This document shows, in pieces, positions 56,669-64,000 of a stretch of DNA of 64,000 nucleotides. Numbering within the stretch: position 1 is the stretch's first letter; each line of letters starts with the position of its first letter. This stretch comes from Candidatus Doudnabacteria bacterium RIFCSPHIGHO2_02_FULL_42_25 (GTDB taxonomy: Bacteria > Patescibacteriota > Doudnabacteria > UBA920 > O2-02-FULL-48-8). The stretch covers positions 213,442-277,441 of the forward strand of contig MFEQ01000006.1 in the NCBI GenBank assembly GCA_001777665.1, written 5' to 3'. The notes below the pieces were generated by a model. The model did no database searches, was not told where the DNA came from, and saw only the letters and a program-made list of their open reading frames with translations. Made by a program: the position numbers and the translations under genes.

Positions 56669-57346
56669 TTAAATTAACTCTGCTGCTTTGAAAAATTTTG
56701 TTAATTTTTCTTCGTCGTCCGGATTTAATTTAGATATTTCCATCACGGTCACAAACTGCTCTATTCCATAATACACCGATATAAACTCAACTTGATCAAT
56801 TGGGTTATATGGATAAACCCAAACAGTTCTTTGCAGCGGATAAAAATTCATCGTTTGAAGTTTTTCCCGAAACAAATCCGCGTGATGCCGATACTCTTTC
56901 GATGGAATATCAGCCAAAACAACCCACCAATGCTTGCGCCACCGACTGTCGCGTGGGATTTCTAAATAATCAAAATTCATTCGCCAAATTTTTTCTTGCC
57001 CTTTTTTCGTTACAGTCATGACGTATTCATCTCCTTCTTTCATCAACTGAACGTAACCATAACGTTTAAGATAATAAAAAGATCTAACTAAAACCTTTTG
57101 ACGTTTCTGAAACCGTTCCTTTCGATCAATCCCATGGTAGGAATATTTTGCAATTTTACCTATGGCATTCAATAAATTTGGCGCGATAGCAGCTATGGTA
57201 ACAACTCCAGCAACTGCTGCCAAAGCCAAAATGGCTTCCCCTGCTGTTTTCAATACCGCAATTTGTTTGTCATTCAGAGTAGGTTTTTTGGATACAGTGC
57301 TATTTTTTATAACAGCCGCAAAAGCAATTTGGTCTTTTATCCTCAT
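56669..57346 (-). CDS. membrane-anchored PaaX_C/Cas2-fold domain protein (paralog 3 of 3)
   Basis: 60% identical to 24255..24932. AT-rich codon usage inside a GC-rich block. Confidence 0.5.
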   Translation of the reverse strand: MRIKDQIAFAAVIKNSTVSKKPTLNDKQIAVLKTAGEAILALAAVAGVVTIAAIAPNLLNAIGKIAKYSYHGIDRKERFQKRQKVLVRSFYYLKRYGYVQLMKEGDEYVMTVTKKGQEKIWRMNFDYLEIPRDSRWRKHWWVVLADIPSKEYRHHADLFREKLQTMNFYPLQRTVWVYPYNPIDQVEFISVYYGIEQFVTVMEISKLNPDDEEKLTKFFKAAELI

Positions 57347-57372
57347 AAATCAATCATATCAATTATTTACCT

Positions 57373-57411
57373 TTGTCGCAAAAATGATGTAATTACATTG
57401 TTTTTGCGACT
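57373..57411. repeat. approx 40-bp palindrome TTTGTCGCAAAAATGATGTAATTACATTGTTTTTGCGAC (upstream flank of paralog 3)
   Basis: Near-copy of 56612..56651 with the same orientation. Confidence 0.8.
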
Positions 57412-57420
57412 AATTTAAAA

Positions 57421-57462
57421 TAAAAAAAGACGGGGGCACGCACATGGTGCGCACCACCGTCG
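57421..57462 (-). terminator. GC-hairpin terminator after pyrC
   Basis: A7 run plus GACGGGGGCACGCACATGGTGCGCACCACCGTC on plus = hairpin plus T7 on minus. Confidence 0.6.
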
Positions 57463-57476
57463 TTGAAAATGTGAGG

Positions 57477-58511
57477 CTAAACAAAAGCCGCAGGCCACCA
57501 CTGGATCTTTTCACCAGCCATGTATGGCCGACAGCCGCCGATATCCATCGGTACGACCCATGGCTCTGTAACCAAAATGAGCTTTTCCGTATTGCGTGGC
57601 ACTTGGTAGAAGTCCGCCCCGTTCGCCCACATGAACCGCGAAAGTTCCTCAGTGCCCAGTCCGTTTTCCAGAAAGATCCGGGTCCATTCGGGCACCACGA
57701 CAGGAAGACTGAACACCCCTGAACGGATCTTGTTTGAACCCTTGAATTCGACCTCGTGAGGAGCAAAGTCGCTCCCGTGGATAACGTTCGGCAGTTGATC
57801 TACCAGGACCAGTTCCTGAATTGCTCGCTGATGCCGGAAGCCCTGGATTGGTGGCTTGCAAATCAGATGTGGGTCAGTCTCACCACCCATGACGTCGTTT
57901 CTGTTGTGCTTGAAATGGTGGAGTGTTACGGTCGCAGCAACACGCCGACGTTGGGTATGCATCTTTCGGATGAAGTCAACCGTTTCCGCGCGGCTGATGT
58001 GCTCGATGACGATACGTAGCCGCGGAAAATCCTTCACGGCTTGTTCGATCTCGAGGAGGCACACCACTTCGCGCATGTACATGTCGACGCTGAGGTCAGC
58101 AGATTCCATGTGGACGTCGAGCTGCATGTCCAGATCCTGCATAACCTCGAGGTGTGCGTACAGACGCTTCAACCCGATGATGCCGTCCTTCGAGCCAGTA
58201 GTGATCCCGAGATAAAGCTTCAAGACCCTATAACCCGCAAGGTGGAAAGCATGGATCATCCCCACCGGAGTATCTGGCGTCAGCTTCGGTGCAACGATTG
58301 TCGTGGTACCGAGCGGCTTCAGTGCTGCGTCACACTCGTCCTGGTACTCATCGGCTCTCTCGGGTGTCTCAATTGCTGGAACATTGCCCATAGCAACGAC
58401 GCGTTTGAATTGTCGAGCAACCCATTCGGCCATGGCTACCAAGATTGCTCCGAATCGTAAATGCCCGTGCCAATCATCCGGCGCTGGCATCTTAATCTCG
58501 CGACGCGACAT
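57477..58511 (-). CDS. pyrC: dihydroorotase (homodimeric class II type)
   Basis: PDDWHGHLR N-terminal motif and overall colinearity with E. coli PyrC (VMPNxxP, HxE..., FxGTDSAPH-like GSDFAPH). Confidence 0.85.
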   Translation of the reverse strand: MSRREIKMPAPDDWHGHLRFGAILVAMAEWVARQFKRVVAMGNVPAIETPERADEYQDECDAALKPLGTTTIVAPKLTPDTPVGMIHAFHLAGYRVLKLYLGITTGSKDGIIGLKRLYAHLEVMQDLDMQLDVHMESADLSVDMYMREVVCLLEIEQAVKDFPRLRIVIEHISRAETVDFIRKMHTQRRRVAATVTLHHFKHNRNDVMGGETDPHLICKPPIQGFRHQRAIQELVLVDQLPNVIHGSDFAPHEVEFKGSNKIRSGVFSLPVVVPEWTRIFLENGLGTEELSRFMWANGADFYQVPRNTEKLILVTEPWVVPMDIGGCRPYMAGEKIQWWPAAFV

Positions 58512-58598
58512 AATCTGCCTCTCTTCCTCTGTTATTCCTCTTTGCCCGAGTTAAAGAACTTCATAGCAGTATAAGCAAAAAAACTTTTATTGCCAAAT

Positions 58599-58636
58599 TA
58601 AAAAAAGCGGTGGAGCGTCGCAGGGACGCACCACCG
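58599..58636 (-). terminator. GC-hairpin terminator
   Basis: A7 plus CGGTGGAGCGTCGCAGGGACGCACCACCG. Confidence 0.6.
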
Positions 58637-58648
58637 TTTGGTTGTCGG

Positions 58649-60085
58649 CTAGAAGCCGCAGTATTCCAGCCGTGTCCCCAAGTACTCGGGAACAAGTTCG
58701 GCGGGAATGCCGAGTTCGAGAGAAAGCGTATCGAGCGCCAGACGCGGCATGATGCTTGATGTCTGGACGTACTCGCGTCGGCCACGGCGCACTTCTTCGC
58801 CGCGTTTGACCATGCCGACGACGAAGGTATCGGCAAGTTCCTCGATGTGCTCGCCGACCTGCCTGCTCAGGCTCAAGTGCGGATTCCAGAAGCAGCCGAT
58901 GTGTCCGCCCGGGTAAGACAGTTCGTCTTGCGGCAGGTTGTAGATATCCTTGTTCCTCGCGATCTGGACGTAGCGATAACCGCCGGGTCGCAGCGTGAAG
59001 TCCCACGCTCCAACGCCGCTCATGAACTGACAGAGACGGGTGGGGTTGTCTGGCCACCACTTCCGAAACGCTGCTTCGAGCATGTTGTAGTAGCTGATGC
59101 GACGATTGATTCCCGGTTTACCTTCCAGCGTACCAGTGATGAAGTGGAGAATGTGCTTGCGCAACGCCGGCAACGATTCCGGCGTCCAGCAGAGAGGGTC
59201 GGTACCGAACGACTGGGCTGGGAAAGCGTTAACGAGGCACCCAGGAACACACTCCTGAAGAGTGTCGAGGATGTCCTGTAGATGGTCGATGTTTCCCTTG
59301 TGCGTCACGACGTTGAAAAGATGCTTCACCGGCACCTTCATCTCTCGGAGGAGTTGGGATGCGTAGAGCGCTTCGTAGGCCTTTTGTCGCTGGCCATGAA
59401 GTTTGGGGATCTCTCTCCACCCCGCCTTGAGCTCGTCGAGGCTCATTCCAGAGAGACGCTTGATCTCGTCTGGATGCACATCGTCGAAGCTCATTGCCAG
59501 AATTTGCGGCGGGTCAGCCGCGATATCCTCGGCAAACTGTCGATCGATCATGAAGCGTCGACCCGGTGTCGTCAGATTGACGATGAGCCCGGCCGCCTTG
59601 GAGTCGCTGATGATGCCCGGACAATCGCGCAGCATCTCCGGCGATCCCCCGAAGCGGTTGCATTCGACCTTCATGTCCGGATGAGTGAGCTGGCTCTTGA
59701 TCGCCGCGGCCCACGCTGGAGGAACTTGGAACTCCTCGACGTACTTGTCGTAGTGGTCCACGAAAAACATGTCGCGCGCTACATACTGTGCCGCCGCGGC
59801 GTTCTTCGTCCACCCAACGATAGCTTCCCGCGGAGCAAACCCCTTCGCGCCTTTAGCGAAGATGAATGATGATTCACAGGTGTAGCCGCCGCCGGTCGAT
59901 TCGCCGTCAACCTCGGTCACGCAGGTATGATTACAGAGGCTATGATTGACATAACCTCCTCCCAGAACCGGCTGCCAGGTAACGCAATCATCCGGCTGGA
60001 GCCCCGCGAAGACGTTCGGGTTGATCATCCCAGTGCGAAGTAGGAATTCTCTTTCCGGGCCCGCCGAAACATTCGTAGAACTCAT
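58649..60085 (-). CDS. hypothetical protein (478 aa), Cys-containing, GC-rich block
   Basis: Long ORF with protein-like composition. I recognise no confident family. Confidence 0.4.
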   Translation of the reverse strand: MSSTNVSAGPEREFLLRTGMINPNVFAGLQPDDCVTWQPVLGGGYVNHSLCNHTCVTEVDGESTGGGYTCESSFIFAKGAKGFAPREAIVGWTKNAAAAQYVARDMFFVDHYDKYVEEFQVPPAWAAAIKSQLTHPDMKVECNRFGGSPEMLRDCPGIISDSKAAGLIVNLTTPGRRFMIDRQFAEDIAADPPQILAMSFDDVHPDEIKRLSGMSLDELKAGWREIPKLHGQRQKAYEALYASQLLREMKVPVKHLFNVVTHKGNIDHLQDILDTLQECVPGCLVNAFPAQSFGTDPLCWTPESLPALRKHILHFITGTLEGKPGINRRISYYNMLEAAFRKWWPDNPTRLCQFMSGVGAWDFTLRPGGYRYVQIARNKDIYNLPQDELSYPGGHIGCFWNPHLSLSRQVGEHIEELADTFVVGMVKRGEEVRRGRREYVQTSSIMPRLALDTLSLELGIPAELVPEYLGTRLEYCGF

Positions 60086-60171
60086 TGCCTCCGTCCTATT
60101 CTAAAGGTGCCATCAGCACCTTCTGTTTGGAATTCGTGGTAAGTGCTTTAGAGTACTATAGATGAATTCAA

Positions 60172-60203
60172 TAAATAAAAAAAGGGTGGTCCGAGGGGAC
60201 CAC
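60172..60203 (-). terminator. GC-hairpin terminator after upp
   Basis: A-run plus GGTGGTCC-gagg-GGACCACC. Confidence 0.6.
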
Positions 60204-60208
60204 CAGGT

Positions 60209-60871
60209 TTAGGCTGCAGCGCCGGTGCCGTTGAACCGATCGCCGTAATCGCCAAGTCCAGGAACGATGTACTTCTGATCGTTGAGCTCGGCATCGATCG
60301 CGAGGGTGACGATCTTGATCTGCGGCGTGTATTCGCAAACCTTGTTCAAACCCTCTTGTGAAGCGATGACGTTGGCAAAGAAAAAGTGCTCCGCTCCCGC
60401 CCCTTTGAGCTGATCGATCGCGTCGCAAACGCTCCCGCCAGTCGCCAGCATGGGATCCAGGAGGATTATAGTTTTCCCTCCGACAATCTGCGGCAGATCC
60501 TTCGGGTAGTACCGCTCGGGGAGCGCCGTCGATTCGTCGCGCCTGATACCGATGTGATAGATCTGAGCTCTCGGAAGCAGCAACCGAAACGGATCGAGCA
60601 GAGCCATCCCAGCGCGCAAAATCGGGACTAGAATGACTCGGTCGTCTAGAAGGATCCTGCCATCGGCAGTCCCCAGGGGGGTCACGACCTTGGTTGGTGA
60701 AGCTCTCACTTGAGACGTGACCTCGAGCGCGAGAATCAACGCCGCCAAGTTATTAGCTCTGACGAATTCGGTTCGCGATGAAGTAACGTCTCGAAGTATG
60801 GTCAGTGCAGCCTGGGCAACCGGATGAGTCAAAAGCTGGACGTTCTGTGAGACCTGCATCAAATCCTCCAT
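60209..60871 (-). CDS. upp: uracil phosphoribosyltransferase (start assigned to internal Met; ORF extends to 60967)
   Basis: VILVPILRAGMALLD, LLDPMLATGGS and YIVPGLGDYGDR motifs. Confidence 0.8.
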   Translation of the reverse strand: MEDLMQVSQNVQLLTHPVAQAALTILRDVTSSRTEFVRANNLAALILALEVTSQVRASPTKVVTPLGTADGRILLDDRVILVPILRAGMALLDPFRLLLPRAQIYHIGIRRDESTALPERYYPKDLPQIVGGKTIILLDPMLATGGSVCDAIDQLKGAGAEHFFFANVIASQEGLNKVCEYTPQIKIVTLAIDAELNDQKYIVPGLGDYGDRFNGTGAAA

Positions 60872-61038
60872 AAAGTCAGGCACGGCCCCTCCCAGGAATC
60901 GTGTGACCCTATAGTCTACCAAAGCAAGGCATTTTGAAGCAAATAAAAAAGACGCTTGCTTGCGCAAACGTCACGGTCGCTTGGCGTTGATCATTACGTC
61001 GGTCGCCTTACTGGACATACGGTCGACTCAATGCCGTG

Positions 61039-61527
61039 CTAGAAGCCAGTTTTGACCACACCTCTCACTTCGTCGACTGAAACGAGATAGGTGCCGGTAC
61101 TGTCAGCGAAGTGCAGGAACCAGTTGTCGCCCAAATCGGGATAGCCGAGATCCGTTCCCAGGCTGAATCCGTTGAGATAGGTACCGACGAGGCGTTCGGT
61201 TTCAAGCCTTCGCAGTCTCGTCGCGGCCTCGACCGAGCCTGACTTGTGAATCGCGATTGCCCTAGTGGTCTCGTCCTGTTCCATCACCCGTGGGTACCCA
61301 TAGTCGGACTCGTAGGCGCCCTTAGCAACAACGTGTGCTGAGAACCCATGCATGTCATCATCCGAAGCGTGCATCTGAGTGTTGGCGTCTTGAGCAATCG
61401 TTCGCTCTATCGTCAAATCACGACTTGTAGACCGCTGAAGGTCCAGAAGGTGCCGAAGTGTCGCCTTAAAAATGCGACCCTGTGGCCATTCTTGCGTTCG
61501 CCGTTGTACACGAGTTATCATCATCAT
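61039..61527 (-). CDS. hypothetical protein (GC-rich block)
   Basis: 162-aa ORF with no recognised domain. Confidence 0.35.
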   Translation of the reverse strand: MMMITRVQRRTQEWPQGRIFKATLRHLLDLQRSTSRDLTIERTIAQDANTQMHASDDDMHGFSAHVVAKGAYESDYGYPRVMEQDETTRAIAIHKSGSVEAATRLRRLETERLVGTYLNGFSLGTDLGYPDLGDNWFLHFADSTGTYLVSVDEVRGVVKTGF

Positions 61528-61569
61528 TCCTCCATGAGCGCCTTGCGGCTGTTGTAAGGAAAATTATAA

Positions 61570-61596
61570 CACAAAAAGACCCCGCTTTTGCGGGGC
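61570..61596 (-). terminator. rho-independent terminator downstream of ftsZ
   Basis: CCCCGC-tttt-GCGGGG followed on the minus strand by TCTTTTTGTGTT. Confidence 0.65.
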
Positions 61597-61629
61597 TTGT
61601 TCTTTGTTATGTGTTCTTTGTTACGTGAC

Positions 61630-62793
61630 CTATTTAATCTTCTTTCTTATAAATGCGGGAATTTCGAGTTCGTCTTGTTCTGGCGAAATTTCCAGTTCTT
61701 CTTCGATTGATGGTTTCGGGGAAAAAGTTGTTTTCTTCACTTCCACTGGCGCTGGTCCGCCAGCTGGCGGATGCGCTTGGACTGGTTTTGGTTCTTCTCG
61801 TTTCATCATGGGTTCAGGCCTGCGTAAGTTTTCATCAAACCCTGTAGCCACCACTGTAATTTTAACTTCTTCATCCATGTCTTCATCGATCACTGCCCCA
61901 AAAATAATTTTCGCATCTGGGTCTACAGATTTGGTGATAAGCTTAGCTGCTTCTTCGACTTCGTACATCCCGAGATCTTTGCTACCTGTGATGTTAAACA
62001 GCACGCCACGTGCTCCATCAATCGCCATATCGAGAAGTGGGGAATCGATAGCAGCTCTCGCAGCATCGACAGCTCGATTTTCACCAGTACCACGACCAAT
62101 ACCCATCAGAGCTGAGCCGGAATTTTGCATCACAGCTTTCACATCAGCAAAGTCGACATTGATCATGCCAGGTGTAGTAATTAAATCTGAAATTCCCGCG
62201 ACACCTTGGCGCAGGACATCATCCACTGTGCGGAAAGCATCGAGTAGTGAAGTTTTCTTATCTATAATTTGTAAAATTCGATCATTCGGGATCACTATAA
62301 TAGTGTCGACGTGTTGTTTGAGCAATTCCAAACCTTTGTCAGCCAGTTCTCGGCGCTTGGCACCTTCGAAGGCAAATGGCCTGGTCACGACGCCGACTGT
62401 CAGGATGCCGGTTTTCTTAGCAAGTTCAGCGACTACTGGAGCAGCCCCAGTTCCAGTTCCGCCTCCCATGCCGCAAGTAATAAAGACCATGTCAGCATTA
62501 TGGATGACATCTAGAATTTCTTGTTTGGATTCCTCTGCTGCGGCTCGTCCAATTTCCGGATTCATCCCAGCGCCAAGGCCTCGGGTCAAAGTTTTGCCGA
62601 TGTGGACTTTCTGATCAGCTTCGGAATTATGAAGAGCCTGAGCATCGGTATTGATGGCCACAAATTCTACACCTTTGATTCCAGTTTCCATCATCCGATG
62701 GATGGCATTGTGTCCGGAACCACCGACTCCGATAACTTTAATTCGAGCAAAAGTTTCTATTTTAGGCTTTACTTCATTTGATTTAAATCTCAT
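61630..62793 (-). CDS. ftsZ: cell division protein FtsZ
   Basis: [13 protein letters not shown] and [14 protein letters not shown] tubulin motifs. Confidence 0.95.
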   Translation of the reverse strand: MRFKSNEVKPKIETFARIKVIGVGGSGHNAIHRMMETGIKGVEFVAINTDAQALHNSEADQKVHIGKTLTRGLGAGMNPEIGRAAAEESKQEILDVIHNADMVFITCGMGGGTGTGAAPVVAELAKKTGILTVGVVTRPFAFEGAKRRELADKGLELLKQHVDTIIVIPNDRILQIIDKKTSLLDAFRTVDDVLRQGVAGISDLITTPGMINVDFADVKAVMQNSGSALMGIGRGTGENRAVDAARAAIDSPLLDMAIDGARGVLFNITGSKDLGMYEVEEAAKLITKSVDPDAKIIFGAVIDEDMDEEVKITVVATGFDENLRRPEPMMKREEPKPVQAHPPAGGPAPVEVKKTTFSPKPSIEEELEISPEQDELEIPAFIRKKIK

Positions 62794-62814
62794 AGGTTCT
62801 AAGGGCTAAAATTA

Positions 62815-62895
62815 TCTACGAACTACGAATTTTTACGAATATACGAAAAGGGTTAACCCAGTTCGTAATTTCGTATTGTTTCGTACTTTCGTAGA
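62815..62895. repeat. TACGAA/TTCGTA multi-stem palindromic element in the ftsA-ftsZ spacer (paralog of 34447..34529)
   Basis: tctacgaactacgaatttttacgaatatacgaaaag...ttcgtaatttcgtattgtttcgtactttcgtaga. Confidence 0.75.
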
Positions 62896-62915
62896 TAAAA
62901 AGTTTAATCATAAGC

Positions 62916-64000
62916 TTAAGGCAGGAAACTTTTAAACCATTTTCTTAATTTATCTACAGTATCATTTTCCAAAACTTTTTTCGCAAATTTATTGACAGTG
63001 CGGGTTTGTCCCAACAAAAATTCGTTCGCCCAGAGTACTAGTCCCACCGCAGTGGTAAATTGTGGATCATTGACCCGGTCTATAACCGTGGTCACCGTAC
63101 TAGGGATTCCGACGACTACTGGTAAACGCAGCTGCTTTTTCGCTAATTCTACCACTCCTGGTAATTTTGCGCCACCACCTGTCAAGACAATGCCTGCAGG
63201 CAACTGGCCATCCCGATTTATTTTCTTTAATTCTTTATTAATCAAATCAAATATCTCTTCCATCCGCGCTTCCACGATTTCCGCAATGTGTTTACTGGAT
63301 ACTCGGCCCTGCTCGGATTTATCAATCTTCGAGAGATCAACATCCACATCTTTTTTGACTTCGCGCATCTCGGCATGCCCATACTGGAGCTTGATTTTTT
63401 CCGCGGTATCCACAGAAGTCCGAAGACCAATCGCTAAATCATTGGTGATGTGCATCGCCCCGACTGGTAAAATAGTAGTCGAAACCAAATCGCCTTCTTC
63501 AAAAATAACCATGCCTGAAGTCCCACCACCGAGGTCGATCAAAGCCACACCCAACTCTTTCTGTTTTTTGGTAAGTGTGGCTTGAGCCGCTGCCAGTGGA
63601 GCCAAAACCAAATCGTCGATCTCGAGTCCGGCTTGCATGATGCACTTGGTAAGATTTTTTATAAAAGGAACTGAGGCTTGAATGATTTGACTATCAACTT
63701 CCAGCCGAATCCCAGACATACCCACTGGATCTTTGATCCCAGTCTGTCCGTCTACAGTAAAGTTTTTCGGGATGACGTGGAGAATTTCGCGATTAGCTGG
63801 AATAGAGATGGCTTGGGAAGCATCGACGACTCGGATCACATCAGATTCAGTAATTTCACCGTCAGCGCGAGCCACAGCCACCACTCCATGACTTTCTTGG
63901 GAACTAATTTGCGCGCCACCCACAGAAACTACGGCATGATCAATAGTTAGCCCAGTCATACGCTCGGCTTTTTCCAAAGCTTCAGAAATTGAAGACACAG
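62916..64000 (-). CDS. ftsA: cell division protein FtsA (partial; N-terminus beyond window end)
   Basis: Actin-like ATPase motifs (DLGGGT, GGGA) with a C-terminal amphipathic tail. The ORF runs off the window. Confidence 0.85.
   Translation of the reverse strand, partial: VSSISEALEKAERMTGLTIDHAVVSVGGAQISSQESHGVVAVARADGEITESDVIRVVDASQAISIPANREILHVIPKNFTVDGQTGIKDPVGMSGIRLEVDSQIIQASVPFIKNLTKCIMQAGLEIDDLVLAPLAAAQATLTKKQKELGVALIDLGGGTSGMVIFEEGDLVSTTILPVGAMHITNDLAIGLRTSVDTAEKIKLQYGHAEMREVKKDVDVDLSKIDKSEQGRVSSKHIAEIVEARMEEIFDLINKELKKINRDGQLPAGIVLTGGGAKLPGVVELAKKQLRLPVVVGIPSTVTTVIDRVNDPQFTTAVGLVLWANEFLLGQTRTVNKFAKKVLENDTVDKLRKWFKSFLP

Larger units (their letters stand above)
53892..61560. other. GC-rich (about 55-58%) block carrying nucleotide-metabolism genes (purC, purB, pyrC, upp) and hypotheticals; interrupted by one AT-rich PaaX_C-like cassette
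   Basis: Compositional contrast with flanking AT-rich DNA. Each gene has its own GC-hairpin terminator of the GGTGG...CCACC style. Confidence 0.55.

Noticed and set aside
61604-62614. 336-aa plus-strand ORF antisense to ftsZ, and 62992..63585 antisense to ftsA
   Set aside because: They overlap high-confidence conserved genes. Composition (S/A/P-rich) is that of an antisense frame.

Overview
This 64-kb window comes from an AT-rich, small-gene bacterial genome. The gene repertoire suggests a Patescibacteria/CPR-like organism (inference): lamin-tail-domain and giant surface proteins, class II B12-dependent RNR with nrdR, a pilin-like domain, ComEC, and little biosynthesis. Nearly all genes are on the minus strand.

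Housekeeping genes present: ftsA (partial) and ftsZ, groES and groEL, hisS, fpg, ndk, cyclophilin PPIase, nusB, rpmF, HU, nrdJ and nrdR, and cobO/btuR. There are two tRNAs, Gly-UCC on the plus strand and Pro-UGG on the minus strand.

Notable accessory content:
- A five-gene minus-strand operon: MIO-type aromatic ammonia-lyase/aminomutase, ThiF/E1-like protein, PaaK-family adenylating enzyme, duplicated-domain nitroreductase and 7TM sensor histidine kinase.
- A 2189-aa RHS/YD-repeat polymorphic toxin with an uncharacterised C-terminal tip and downstream immunity candidates.
- Three paralogous small membrane-anchored PaaX_C/Cas2-fold proteins, each bracketed by a pair of near-identical palindromes.
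- A roughly 126-bp direct repeat abutting tRNA-Pro whose second copy lies 8 kb away, just beyond a 4-kb GC-rich block of phage-like small genes.
- Several other GC-rich blocks in an AT-rich background, including one encoding purC, purB, pyrC and upp.
- A conserved TACGAA/TTCGTA multi-stem element in the groES-groEL and ftsA-ftsZ spacers.
- A family of polypyrimidine/polypurine hairpin pairs at operon boundaries.
- A shared promoter-like element upstream of the two giant secreted-protein genes.

No rRNA and no CRISPR array are present.
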